DNA of 64,000 nt from the NCBI GenBank assembly GCA_041391665.1, contig JAWKNO010000003.1:407987-471986 (forward strand). The letters are read 5' to 3'. This DNA is from Bacteroidia bacterium (GTDB lineage Bacteria > Bacteroidota > Bacteroidia > J057). Below, in pieces: positions 19,602 to 29,737 of this stretch. The position numbers and the translations under genes were made by a program. Under the pieces are notes generated by a model. It saw only the letters and a list, made by a program, of their open reading frames with translations. It ran no database searches and was not told the origin of the DNA. The number at the start of each line of letters is the position of its first letter. Position 1 is the stretch's first letter.

Positions 19602-21125
19602 CTACTCTGCTTTTTCAAATTTCAAATTGTAAAAATTGAAGTCCGGGTTGGGCAGATCAATCGTAAAACCCGTCACTTTCCCCTGCGAATCCATCTCAAA
19701 TACAATCAATCCAAAAGGCAAAAACGGGTCGGCAATATCCACCCGGAAAGTGTTGTAATGCCAGTGTTTGAGTTCGCCGGTAAATAGGGTAGCTGTTGGC
19801 AAAAGGGTCAGAAACAGTTTCCCATCTCGGATCGTTATCTCTGCCGGACCGTACATTTTGTCTTCATATCTACCCGAATAATCAGCCATTGCCAGTGAAG
19901 GCTGGGTATTGAGAATCTGGGTCTTTTCCCGTTCTGTTTTCTGGCCTGCCACGTAGTTGAGGTAATTTTTCTCAATTTTTAGCATACGCCCGGCCCAGTC
20001 ATTTTCGGGACGGTTGAGAAACAGGTCAAATACTTCGTTGCGTATGGCCATATTCAATACGACGGGCATGCCATTGGTGAGGATCACTACGCCGAGATTT
20101 TCTTCCGGGATAAAAGCCACTTTCGAAATATATCCGGGAAGGCCGCCGTCGTGTTCTACGACTTTTCTGCCGCCATAATCAAACAATCGCCAGCCGAGCG
20201 CATAACTTTCGAAGTGAATCCCCATTTGTTTTTCCAGGTTGCTGGGGTTTTGTGCAGTCTGGGCAGAGAGAATTTCCTGCCACGATTCAGAAGAAAGCAG
20301 TTGTTTATCTCCATATTTACCGCCAGCCAGCCAGAAAGTCAGCCATTTGCTCAAATCTGTAACGGAGGCGTTGATAGAAGCAGCGGGGCCGCTGTTGTCG
20401 TAATTGATATCCCCGACCACTTTTCCCTCCAGATGAGGAAGTGCTCTTTCTGCTTTTTTCTTAAAATCCTGATTGGTGGTGCGTGCATCTTTCATTTCCA
20501 GCGGCTCGAATATCCGCTTCTGCACAAATTCATCCCAGGTCATTCCACTTACCGCTTCAATCACTTCTCCGGCGGTTATAAACATGACATTGGAGTAGCC
20601 AAACTGTGAGCGAAAACTATTTTTTATGGGGAGATAACGGATTCTTCTGACGATTTCCTTACGGTCATAACTGGAACCATACCAAAGAAGGTCTCCGTCA
20701 AATGTATCAAATCCTGTGCGGTGACAAAGCAAATCACGCACGCGCAGCTCCCGGGTGATGTATGAGTCATACAACTGAAAATCAGGCAGATAGTCTATTA
20801 CCCTGTCATCCCATTTGAGTTTTCCCTCATCGACCAACATGCCGATGCACGTTGCAGTAAATGCCTTCGAACAGGAGGCGATACCAAAAATCGAATTGGG
20901 CGTGATGACTTTGTCTGTTCCAGCTTCCCGAAGACCGTAACCGTGCGAAAATACCATTTCCCCATCCTTTACAACTGCAATTGCAAGGCCCGGGACGTTG
21001 TAGTCAGCTACAGCTTTAGCAAGATACGTGTTGAGTTTTTCATAATCGACCTGCCCGAGCACCGGCAAATGAAGCAGCGAGAGATGCAGGAACAGAAACA
21101 GCGAAACAGAAAGAAATTTTTTCAT
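19602..21125 (-). CDS. serine hydrolase, beta-lactamase/PBP4* fold
   Basis: Signal peptide from MKKFLSVSLF. S-x-x-K (SCSKAF) and Y-x-N (GYSNVMF) motifs. Confidence 0.85.
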   Translation of the reverse strand: MKKFLSVSLFLFLHLSLLHLPVLGQVDYEKLNTYLAKAVADYNVPGLAIAVVKDGEMVFSHGYGLREAGTDKVITPNSIFGIASCSKAFTATCIGMLVDEGKLKWDDRVIDYLPDFQLYDSYITRELRVRDLLCHRTGFDTFDGDLLWYGSSYDRKEIVRRIRYLPIKNSFRSQFGYSNVMFITAGEVIEAVSGMTWDEFVQKRIFEPLEMKDARTTNQDFKKKAERALPHLEGKVVGDINYDNSGPAASINASVTDLSKWLTFWLAGGKYGDKQLLSSESWQEILSAQTAQNPSNLEKQMGIHFESYALGWRLFDYGGRKVVEHDGGLPGYISKVAFIPEENLGVVILTNGMPVVLNMAIRNEVFDLFLNRPENDWAGRMLKIEKNYLNYVAGQKTEREKTQILNTQPSLAMADYSGRYEDKMYGPAEITIRDGKLFLTLLPTATLFTGELKHWHYNTFRVDIADPFLPFGLIVFEMDSQGKVTGFTIDLPNPDFNFYNLKFEKAE

Positions 21126-21153
21126 ATCGGGTAAATAATAAGCCGTTGGAAAA

Positions 21154-21801
21154 TTAGGAGATTTTCTCCACAAGCGTAGCCAAAACCTCGCGATTCATCT
21201 CGTGTTTGCCTTCAAAAAGTATAAATTCACAATTTTCAAATACCCCAGAGATGAGTTTTTTCTGCTCTTCCAGCCTTTCCTCGGTTAAATACTCATCCTG
21301 TCGCCCGATAATTGCAAACGTGCGTGCAGAGGATTTGACAAATGACCATTGATCTTTGGTGAGTTCGGGAGGAAAACCACCCGCCCAAAGAGAAAGGCTG
21401 TCAAATAAAATTTTTCGCGAGGCTGCCCACCGCGTAATGGCACTCACCCCCTGAGAGAACCCTAACAAGTGGAGTTTTACCTGAGACCAGTCAACGTCAG
21501 CAGTTTCCGTATCAAATACGCTGTCAAGATAATTCAACTGGTTTTCTATGTGCATTTCCCGGTTTTCGCGGGTAGTCCAGGAAGCACCGATGCGGGTGTA
21601 ATTGTCCATGTAAAAACGATCAGGACCTTGTGGCGCAATCAGGTAATGCTCTTGAAGGTCCAAAAAGTCAAATCGTTTCATAAAATACCGGGCGAGTTGA
21701 CCGTGACCGTGGCAGGCAACCCATATATGACGGGTATTTTCGGTCAGTTCTCCCATAAAAAAATAAGGGGCCTGAATGGTAAAAGAAACCTGTTTTTGCA
21801 T
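21154..21801 (-). CDS. alpha/beta hydrolase (carboxylesterase-like)
   Basis: Nucleophile elbow GFSQG. The start is moved to the internal MQKQ to avoid promoter overlap. Confidence 0.6.
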   Translation of the reverse strand: MQKQVSFTIQAPYFFMGELTENTRHIWVACHGHGQLARYFMKRFDFLDLQEHYLIAPQGPDRFYMDNYTRIGASWTTRENREMHIENQLNYLDSVFDTETADVDWSQVKLHLLGFSQGVSAITRWAASRKILFDSLSLWAGGFPPELTKDQWSFVKSSARTFAIIGRQDEYLTEERLEEQKKLISGVFENCEFILFEGKHEMNREVLATLVEKIS

Positions 21802-21872
21802 GAATGGATATTGATTGAGACAAATGTCGAAAAAAAATTTGGTTTTACTGAACAATGTTCATTTAATTTGCG

Positions 21873-22541
21873 TTGTACACTAAAAATAAAAAAAGCTTGA
21901 GCATCGCAGACAGAAGAGAAAGGGAAAAGCAGGAATTAAGAGACAAAATCCTGAAGGCGGCCGGAAAAATGTTCCGGAAGGAGGGATATGAAAAAACCAG
22001 TGTGCGAAAAATAGCTAAAGCGATCGATTACAGCGTAGGAACGATTTATCTGTATTTCAAAAACAAAGACGATATATTTTTTGCCCTGCACGAAGAGGGT
22101 TTTAATCTGCTCTTTGAGAAAATGTCCCCGGCCCTGGCCATTACCCACCCGGTAGAGCGGCTGCGTGAACTAGGGCGACATTATATGGCATTTGCCTTTG
22201 AATTTCCGGAAACCTATGAGCTGATGTTTATTCAGTCAGCGCCAATGAATATCATCGAAGAGCGATTGGGTTTGCATCCCGCAGAATCAGTTTCCCCGGA
22301 CAAATGGACGGCGGTAATGAAATCTTTTGGCACTTTACACCAGACTGTTCAGGAGTGTATAGAGCAGGGGTATTTTAAAAACCCCGATGTCAATTTAATC
22401 ACATTTGCGATCTGGTCATCTGTACATGGAATGGCAAGCCTGAGTATATGCAAGCGACTGGAAAAACTATTCCCCAGCCATCTTACCGATGCTTTAATAG
22501 CAGAAACCACCAATATGTTGCTGGACCTTTATCAGAAATAA
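21873..22541 (+). CDS. TetR/AcrR family transcriptional regulator
   Basis: TetR HTH TSVRKIAKAIDYSVGTIYLYFKNKDDI. TTG start is uncertain. Lies upstream of the efflux genes. Confidence 0.85.
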   Translation: MYTKNKKSLSIADRREREKQELRDKILKAAGKMFRKEGYEKTSVRKIAKAIDYSVGTIYLYFKNKDDIFFALHEEGFNLLFEKMSPALAITHPVERLRELGRHYMAFAFEFPETYELMFIQSAPMNIIEERLGLHPAESVSPDKWTAVMKSFGTLHQTVQECIEQGYFKNPDVNLITFAIWSSVHGMASLSICKRLEKLFPSHLTDALIAETTNMLLDLYQK

Positions 22542-22634
22542 AAAAAATTTACCCCAAAACTAAACACTGTTCATTTTTAAATATATGTTCATACAGTAAC
22601 CACCATTCACTCCAAAATATAAACCACTAAGGAT

Positions 22635-24002
22635 ATGCGAAAAATATTCTCATCAATCTCAACCCTGCCTCTGTGGCTTTTCTTCCTGCTGACACCTGTT
22701 GCCCAGTACGCGCAGACCGACGTTCTGGACACCTATGTAAAAACCGGTCTGGAGAACAACCGCGCACTCAAAAGCCGGGAACTCTCCTACCAAAAAAGTG
22801 TGCAGGCACTGCGCGAAGCCAAAGGACTGTTTATGCCTCAGGTTACTTTTTCAGCCTCCTACACCCTGGCCAATGGCGGTCGTGCTATTCAGTTTCCTAT
22901 AGGCGATTTACTCAATCCCATATACTCCACACTCAATGCACTGACTGAAACACAGAATTTTCCCACCAACCTCGAAAATGTAAAAGAGCAATTTCTGCCC
23001 AACAACTTCCAGGAGACCAAATTTCGCGTCATTCAGCCATTGTTCAACCCCGATATTTACCTGAACTACAAAGCCAAAAAGTCCCTGATCAGTCTGGCTG
23101 AAGCACAACAAGCCAGCTATGCTGCTGAGCTGGAAAAAGACATTCGCGTCGCCTACTTCAACTACCAGAAAACAGAAGATGCACTGGCTATTTTCCGTGA
23201 AACAGAGACGCTGCTACGTGAGATTATCCGGGTAAATCAACGCCTGCTTGACCACCAAAAGGCTACACCAGATGCAGTTTCCAGAGCCGAAACACAGCTT
23301 GCCCAACTCAAAGAACAGGAAGCGCAAGCCATTCAGCAAAACCAGACTGCCAAGGCATATTTTAATTTCCTGCTCAACCGTCCCCTTGCAGAAAATATTG
23401 TCAGGGACACCCTCCTCAACAACCATAGCCCTGTCATAGGTCTTGAGCAGGCATTAAACCAGAGTATCATGCAGCGCGCCGAACTCACTCAGCTATCCTA
23501 TGCCAAAGAAGCAGGAGCATATGCAACCAGCGTAACCCGTGCAGCCAACCTTCCCCGTGTAGTTGCCGTGGTAGATGCAGGCGCTCAAGGCTTTGGTTAT
23601 ACTTTTGACAAAGATCAGCGGTTTTGGCTGGGACAGATTTCCCTCCAATGGGATTTGTTTAAGGGCTTTCAAAACGATGCGCGAATCCAGCAGGCAGAGA
23701 TCGATCAGGCCATTTTGCACAATCAGGAAAGTGAGTTGCAGCAGCAAATCCAGCTTCAGGTACAGCAGGCATGGTATCAGGTACAAGCAGCAAAAACTGC
23801 AGGCCTTGCAGCCGGGAAAGCAGTCAAATCCTCTACAGAAACATTTGAACACATCCGCAGGCGGTACCAGGAAAATCAGGCCAGTCTGCTGGAACTCATG
23901 GACGCACAAAACCAACTCACTCAGGCTAAACTCAACCACAATATTTACCTATGGGATTACCACAGCAAAGTTGCAGAACTGAACTGGGCATCCGCGATTT
24001 AA
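22635..24002 (+). CDS. TolC family outer membrane efflux protein
   Basis: Signal peptide, two-repeat helical/beta layout, and its position ahead of the MFP and RND genes. Confidence 0.85.
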   Translation: MRKIFSSISTLPLWLFFLLTPVAQYAQTDVLDTYVKTGLENNRALKSRELSYQKSVQALREAKGLFMPQVTFSASYTLANGGRAIQFPIGDLLNPIYSTLNALTETQNFPTNLENVKEQFLPNNFQETKFRVIQPLFNPDIYLNYKAKKSLISLAEAQQASYAAELEKDIRVAYFNYQKTEDALAIFRETETLLREIIRVNQRLLDHQKATPDAVSRAETQLAQLKEQEAQAIQQNQTAKAYFNFLLNRPLAENIVRDTLLNNHSPVIGLEQALNQSIMQRAELTQLSYAKEAGAYATSVTRAANLPRVVAVVDAGAQGFGYTFDKDQRFWLGQISLQWDLFKGFQNDARIQQAEIDQAILHNQESELQQQIQLQVQQAWYQVQAAKTAGLAAGKAVKSSTETFEHIRRRYQENQASLLELMDAQNQLTQAKLNHNIYLWDYHSKVAELNWASAI

Positions 24003-24033
24003 TCACTCCGATCACAATCAAACAAAATAGAAA

Positions 24034-25113
24034 ATGAATACTTTTCAATCCATTCTTATTGCGACTGCTATTGCGATTCTTGCCGCCTGCGGCTCAAAGA
24101 CACAGGTAGCATCTGAATCCGCTCAAACCCCTGCCATCCCCGTGCGGATGGAAACCATTGTACCATTGAAAGAGGCCCCGTCCATACTCACGAGCGGGAT
24201 AGTCGCTGCGCAGGAAGAGATCAAACTTTCGTTTAAAACAGGCGGAGTGATCCGCGCCGTTTATGTAAATGAAGGCAGCACGGTACGCAAAGGACAGTTG
24301 CTGGCAAAGCTCGATCCATCGGAAATCGACGCACAGGTCAATCAGGCAACGAGTGCCGCCGAAAAAGCCCGCCGCGATCTGGAGCGCGCAACCAGGCTGT
24401 ATCAGGATACAGTCGTCACCCTGGAAGTAGTACAGGACCTGACCACAGCAAAAGATGTAGCAGAGGCCAATCTTCGTATTGCCACCTTCAACCAGCAGTA
24501 TTCCGAAATCTACGCACCGGCCAGCGGGCGTATTCTGAAAAAACTAGCCGAAACAGGAGAGATCATCGGTCCGGGCAGCCCGGTATTTTTCCTCGCAGCC
24601 ACAAACTCAGACCAGGTTATCCGCGCCGGGCTTACAGATGCCGACATCGTGAGAGTCAATTATGGCGACCGTGCGCAGGTACATTTTGATGCATGGCCTG
24701 CGGATACGTTTGAAGCGAAAATCGTGGAAATCGCAGCCGGGGCAGATCCAATGACAGGTGCATTTCAGGTGGAATTACAAATAGAAAAACACCCCAAATC
24801 GCTCAAAAACGGTTTCATCGGACAAGTTACGCTCATCCCGCAAAACGAAGGGAAATGGGCAAAAATTCCAATGACAGCCATTGTAGAAGCAGAGCCCGGA
24901 AGAGCCACCATTTATACGACTGAGCCGGGAAGCCAAACCGTGCGCAAGGTCAACTTGCCCCATTACCGGATCGGCAATGATCATATAGCAGTCCCCATGA
25001 ATCAATTAAATGGCCTGACGGAAGTAATCACTGACGGAGCCCGGTATCTCAAACCCGGAGACACGGTTACCATCCCTGAAGCAGGAAAGAAAAACCTCGC
25101 GGAGCAGCGATAA
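24034..25113 (+). CDS. efflux RND periplasmic adaptor (MFP)
   Basis: Lipobox LAAC. Biotinyl-lipoyl-like hairpin motifs (GQLLAKLD, IYAPASGRI). Confidence 0.85.
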   Translation: MNTFQSILIATAIAILAACGSKTQVASESAQTPAIPVRMETIVPLKEAPSILTSGIVAAQEEIKLSFKTGGVIRAVYVNEGSTVRKGQLLAKLDPSEIDAQVNQATSAAEKARRDLERATRLYQDTVVTLEVVQDLTTAKDVAEANLRIATFNQQYSEIYAPASGRILKKLAETGEIIGPGSPVFFLAATNSDQVIRAGLTDADIVRVNYGDRAQVHFDAWPADTFEAKIVEIAAGADPMTGAFQVELQIEKHPKSLKNGFIGQVTLIPQNEGKWAKIPMTAIVEAEPGRATIYTTEPGSQTVRKVNLPHYRIGNDHIAVPMNQLNGLTEVITDGARYLKPGDTVTIPEAGKKNLAEQR

Positions 25114-25157
25114 CATTTACAGGAAACGTCATTTACCTCCATAAACTCACTCCTAAT

Positions 25158-28100
25158 ATGCGTTTACCAAAAATAGCCATAGATAATTATGCCTTTGTCA
25201 CCGTGCTGGTTTTTCTGGCCTTGTGCATGGGTACACTTTCCTTCCTGAATATGCCGCGGTCGGAAGACCCGGCGCTCAACTTCCCCCTTTACACCGTAGT
25301 CGCGGTGTATCCCGGAGCAGACCCCAAAGATATTGAAGAACTTGTAGTCGATCCGATAGAAGAAAAACTCAATGAGCTGGACGATCTCACCGAGATCCGG
25401 ACCTCTATCAAAGACGGGGTCGCAGTGATCAGAATCGAAGGCGAGTTTGGCGTCAATACAGACGACCAGTTTGATGAAGTAAGAGCCAGCGTCAACACCG
25501 TGAGGGATCAACTTCCCAGAGAACTCAACAGTCTGGAAATCAGGCAAATCAGCCCCCTTGATGTGAAAATTCTGCAAATGGCACTCATATCTGATGGTAC
25601 GCCATACAGCGAACTGATTCAATGGGCTTCCCGACTGGAAGACCGGCTCGAAAGTGTGGACGGCGTGCGCAGCGCGACAAAAGAAGGATACCCCGGGCAG
25701 GAAATCCGGATTTCGCTGGATCTCGAAAAAATTGCCCGGTTGGGCATACCCCTCAATCAGGTAACCGGTATCATTCAGGGAAATAATGCCAACATTCCCG
25801 GAGGTGACCTCGAAGCAGGAACCCAAAAATTTACCCTGAAGACCAGCGGAGGGTATCAATCCATTGAAGATTTGAGCAATACAGTGATTTCGGCCAGAAA
25901 TGGCAATATCGTTTATCTCCACGATGTAGCAGATGTATACTTTGGTTACGAAGATCCCCGCTACCTTGCCCGGGTCAACGGCAAACAGGCCATATTTGTC
26001 TCCCTTACACAAAAATCAGGCGAAAATATCCTGAAAATCACCGATGAACTTGATGCCGAAATTGCAGATTTCCAGAAAGAATTGCCGCAGGGAATCACGC
26101 TGACATATGCCTTTAAACAAGGCCCGGCCGTTGCCTCACGGATCAATGATTTTTTTATGAATCTGCTTCAGGGAATTGCGCTGGTGGGGATCGTCATCCT
26201 GCTATTCCTGGGGATACGCAATGCCCTGATCGTGATGACAGTGATTCCAACGTCTATTATCATCGCCATTTACCTGCTCGACATCAGCGGGTTTGGTCTT
26301 CAGCAGATTTCCATTGCCGGACTGGTTCTTGCGCTCGGGTTGCTGGTTGACAATGGAATTGTGGTTGTAGAAAATGTTTACCGGTTTGTAAAAGAAGGCT
26401 ACAGCCCATTGGAAGCCGCTGCGAAAGGTACTTCAGAGGTAGGCTGGGCCATTGTGAGTTCTACGGTCACAACGGTACTGGCATTTTTCCCCATCACCCA
26501 ACTTGGTGGCGGGACGGGAGAATTTATCCAGTCATTACCTCTGATCGTGATATATAGCCTGCTGGCTTCAGTTGTGCTGGCATTGGTCCTGACGCCTATT
26601 CTGGCAAGCAAACTTATGCGTCCGGTAGTGGATGGAAAACTCACCCGTGCAGAGAAGATAATGCAGAAATTCATTGAAACCCGGTACCGAAAAGTCTTGT
26701 CTTTTTCCCTCGACAGACCATGGCTAATCGTCGGCCTGTCTGCAGCATCGCTTGTTGGCAGCATTTTCCTTTTCCCTTATGTAGGGGTGAGTTTTTTTCC
26801 AACGGCAGACAAGCCTATGTTGGTTGTAAACATTGACTTACCTGACGGAAGTAATTTGGAAAAAACCAATCAGGCTGCGCAATTTGTCGAAAGTGTCCTT
26901 GACACATCAACATTTGTAACCAGCCATATCATGAATGTAGGACATGGCAATCCACAGATTTACTACAATATTATTCCCAAAAACTTCTCCGCCAATCATG
27001 CCCAGGCACTGGTACATCTGGAGACCTGGGATCAGGAAAAATTTTATCAGTTGGTAGCCAATCTCCGGCATACCTTTGACCAATATCCTGGCGCAAAGAT
27101 CAGAGTTCTGGAGCTCAAAAATGGCCCTCCGTACGACGCGCCTGTAGCCATAAAAATTATCGGAGACGATCTGGACTCGCTCAAAGTATTTGCGGCATCG
27201 CTGGAAAAAGTGATTTCGGCTCAGGAAGGCACATTTAATGTGGACAATCCGCTGGAACTCAGCAAAACCAATATTCGCACAAAGATCAACCGGGACAAAG
27301 CAGGAATGCTGGGGGTACAGCTGGCCGATATAGACATTGCGGTCAGGACAGCATTTACAGGCAATGAACTGGGAACCATGAATCTTCCTGACGGAAATAA
27401 ATACCCGATGGTAGCCCGCATGGCCCAGGGAGAAAATGCACAGGCCAGCGATTTTAGCCGGATATCTGTAGCAAGTATTGCCGGTGCACAGGTTCCTTTA
27501 GGTCAGGTTGCCCGGCTGGAGTTTGAAGCAGGGGCTTCTGAAATCGATCATTACGGGCTGGAGCGAACGGTTACTGTGACCGCAGATGTGAAAGATGAAT
27601 ATAATGTAACCGAAATTACACAAGCCATTATTGAAGATTTAAAGACTATTCCGTTGCCTACGGGTTACGAGTATTATATTTCGGGGGAATATGAGACGCA
27701 GCAGGAATCATTTGGCGACCTCGGGCAAATGCTGGTAGTAGCATTATTGGGAATATTTGCCGTGCTGGTACTTCAGTTTAAGTCTTTTAGTCAGCCTTTT
27801 GTAGTGTTTTCAGCAATTCCGCTGGCATTTTCGGGCTCTATTGTCGCATTATTCCTTTCCGGATATTCATTCTCATTCCTCGCTTTTGTAGGATTCACAA
27901 GTCTGGTAGGAATTGTCGTGAATACATCTATCATTTTGGTGGACTATACCAACCAGCTTCTGGAACGGGGAATGAGCATAAGAGATGCCCTGATGACAGC
28001 AAGTGAGACGCGATTTACGCCGATTTTGCTGACCACCCTTACCACAATATTCGGCCTTCTTCCCCTGACACTTTCCAACAGCAACCTTTGGTCACCGTTG

Positions 28101-28196
28101 GGATGGACAATTATCGGAGGAATGGTATCTTCAACCCTGTTGACTTTACTGATTGTGCCGATCTTGTATCAGTGGCTGACGAAGAAGCAGGCATAA
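25158..28196 (+). CDS. efflux RND permease (AcrB/HAE1-like)
   Basis: 1012 aa with a 12-TM two-fold repeat and typical LLVDNGIVVVEN and VGIVVNTSIILVD motifs. Confidence 0.92.
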   Translation: MRLPKIAIDNYAFVTVLVFLALCMGTLSFLNMPRSEDPALNFPLYTVVAVYPGADPKDIEELVVDPIEEKLNELDDLTEIRTSIKDGVAVIRIEGEFGVNTDDQFDEVRASVNTVRDQLPRELNSLEIRQISPLDVKILQMALISDGTPYSELIQWASRLEDRLESVDGVRSATKEGYPGQEIRISLDLEKIARLGIPLNQVTGIIQGNNANIPGGDLEAGTQKFTLKTSGGYQSIEDLSNTVISARNGNIVYLHDVADVYFGYEDPRYLARVNGKQAIFVSLTQKSGENILKITDELDAEIADFQKELPQGITLTYAFKQGPAVASRINDFFMNLLQGIALVGIVILLFLGIRNALIVMTVIPTSIIIAIYLLDISGFGLQQISIAGLVLALGLLVDNGIVVVENVYRFVKEGYSPLEAAAKGTSEVGWAIVSSTVTTVLAFFPITQLGGGTGEFIQSLPLIVIYSLLASVVLALVLTPILASKLMRPVVDGKLTRAEKIMQKFIETRYRKVLSFSLDRPWLIVGLSAASLVGSIFLFPYVGVSFFPTADKPMLVVNIDLPDGSNLEKTNQAAQFVESVLDTSTFVTSHIMNVGHGNPQIYYNIIPKNFSANHAQALVHLETWDQEKFYQLVANLRHTFDQYPGAKIRVLELKNGPPYDAPVAIKIIGDDLDSLKVFAASLEKVISAQEGTFNVDNPLELSKTNIRTKINRDKAGMLGVQLADIDIAVRTAFTGNELGTMNLPDGNKYPMVARMAQGENAQASDFSRISVASIAGAQVPLGQVARLEFEAGASEIDHYGLERTVTVTADVKDEYNVTEITQAIIEDLKTIPLPTGYEYYISGEYETQQESFGDLGQMLVVALLGIFAVLVLQFKSFSQPFVVFSAIPLAFSGSIVALFLSGYSFSFLAFVGFTSLVGIVVNTSIILVDYTNQLLERGMSIRDALMTASETRFTPILLTTLTTIFGLLPLTLSNSNLWSPLGWTIIGGMVSSTLLTLLIVPILYQWLTKKQA

Positions 28197-28216
28197 GTTT
28201 TTAGAAAACAATTCAT

Positions 28217-28279
28217 AAAAGAGTGTAATTCAAACTATAGCGACTTATGACACAGCTATATTGGGACTTACACTCTTTT
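28217..28279. terminator. long hairpin between convergent genes
   Basis: aaaagagtgtaa / ttacactctttt outer stem with an inner tatagc/gctata stem, followed by a cttttttat T-run. Confidence 0.5.
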
Positions 28280-28287
28280 CTTTTTTA

Positions 28288-29049
28288 TCAATGATATACC
28301 ATTCCCGGTAACCGCCTCAATGGAGAATGAAGATCGGATAGCACCAAATCAGCTTTTTTCTGGTAAAAATCATCCTTCGGATTTTGGCGCAGGGCTTCAA
28401 AAACTTTTTGAGCCTTTTCACTATCTTCGGTTGCCAGCAGTGAGAGCCCCAGATACCAGCCCACCTGAGGCACAGATACATCTGCATCCTCCAGCACCTG
28501 TTGGGCCTCGCGATATTGTTTTAAGGCCATCAGTGCATTAGCAAGATATAGTTGCGCGTCTTTATAGAAAACACTTTCAGGGGAAATGGTGCGAAGGGCT
28601 TTGATAGAATAGGAATAGTCTCTTTCAGAATAGGCTTTCATCGCCCTGAAAAAATCTGTTGAATCATCGTTGCCCTGGCTTCTCAATGTACCATAAAGGG
28701 AAACATAGGGAGAAAAGTACCGGTCAAAAATCGCTCCATTGCTGTATGAGAAGGCAAATCCATAAGCAGAAAACACCAAAATCAGCAAGCTTGCGGCGAT
28801 ACCGGAATACAACAGCAAAGACTTACGCCAGGCGCGGCGTCTCTCATCTGAATAATTCTGAACTTCTTTCAGCAGATCATTGTGACGAAGCACTTTTAAT
28901 GCAGCATAAGCCTGCCGGTATTGCAACAGTTCTTCCGAGAGGGCAACGTTTTGCTCCAGTTCCTTTTCAAATTCTTTTTTCTCCTCCGGAGATAGTTGGT
29001 TTTCGAGATACGCTTCCAACTGTGGGTTTGTACTGTCTTTTTTGTCCAT
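28288..29049 (-). CDS. putative anti-sigma factor (single TM, C-terminal TPR)
   Basis: Lies 12 nt downstream of the ECF sigma gene. Has a central TM helix LLLYSGIAASLLILVFSAYGFAF and TPR-like helices after it. Confidence 0.55.
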   Translation of the reverse strand: MDKKDSTNPQLEAYLENQLSPEEKKEFEKELEQNVALSEELLQYRQAYAALKVLRHNDLLKEVQNYSDERRRAWRKSLLLYSGIAASLLILVFSAYGFAFSYSNGAIFDRYFSPYVSLYGTLRSQGNDDSTDFFRAMKAYSERDYSYSIKALRTISPESVFYKDAQLYLANALMALKQYREAQQVLEDADVSVPQVGWYLGLSLLATEDSEKAQKVFEALRQNPKDDFYQKKADLVLSDLHSPLRRLPGMVYH

Positions 29050-29061
29050 GTTTAGGAAATC

Positions 29062-29649
29062 CTAATCGTTTTTGTTCAACTCTTCCAGCATCTGGCGCAA
29101 ACCGGGGTCATTGCCGACAAGAGAAGCCAGTTTTTTCAGACAGCGGCTTTTCACATTTCTGGCCACCACAGCATTTTCGTAGCCCAGTTGGGCTGCGATT
29201 TCCTGCATGGAATATTTGCGCATCCACATGCGAAGAATCACGCCACACTGTGCGGGTAACTGATCAAGCACCTGCTCCATCGAACTGCGAAACTGGGTTT
29301 CCATAAAATCCGCTTCGGGATCGTTGGTATGCGTTTCGTTTCCAAAGAAACGATTCACATACCGCTCATCCCTGGCTGAGCGCGCAAAATGCCGGAGACA
29401 CAATTTGTGGGCGATCGATTTGAGGTAGGTTTTGAGTGTACTCTTTTCTGAAAACCGCCCGTCCATCACATTGCCTACCAAAATCACCAGTGCATCGTGA
29501 AAAACATCTTCGGCTTCCGAACCCATGACTTTCCGGAGCTTTCCGATCATTTCCCGTCGATGTTGGTCATAGAGAATCCGCATTGCTTTTGGCAAAGCAT
29601 CTCCTCCCTGGCATATCATGCCCTTGATATCCTCGTCTGAATAGCGCAC
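29062..29649 (-). CDS. ECF-type RNA polymerase sigma-70 factor
   Basis: Region 2 (FHDALVILV...) and region 4 HTH (YSMQEIAAQLGYENAVVARNVKSRCLKKL). Confidence 0.8.
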   Translation of the reverse strand: MRYSDEDIKGMICQGGDALPKAMRILYDQHRREMIGKLRKVMGSEAEDVFHDALVILVGNVMDGRFSEKSTLKTYLKSIAHKLCLRHFARSARDERYVNRFFGNETHTNDPEADFMETQFRSSMEQVLDQLPAQCGVILRMWMRKYSMQEIAAQLGYENAVVARNVKSRCLKKLASLVGNDPGLRQMLEELNKND

Positions 29650-29737
29650 AGTTATACCTTAGTCAACGAGGAGACAAAAACGTAAACAGCAAAAGGCACT
29701 TTTTTTTAAAATATTTTTACAACCTGCCTCTATTCGC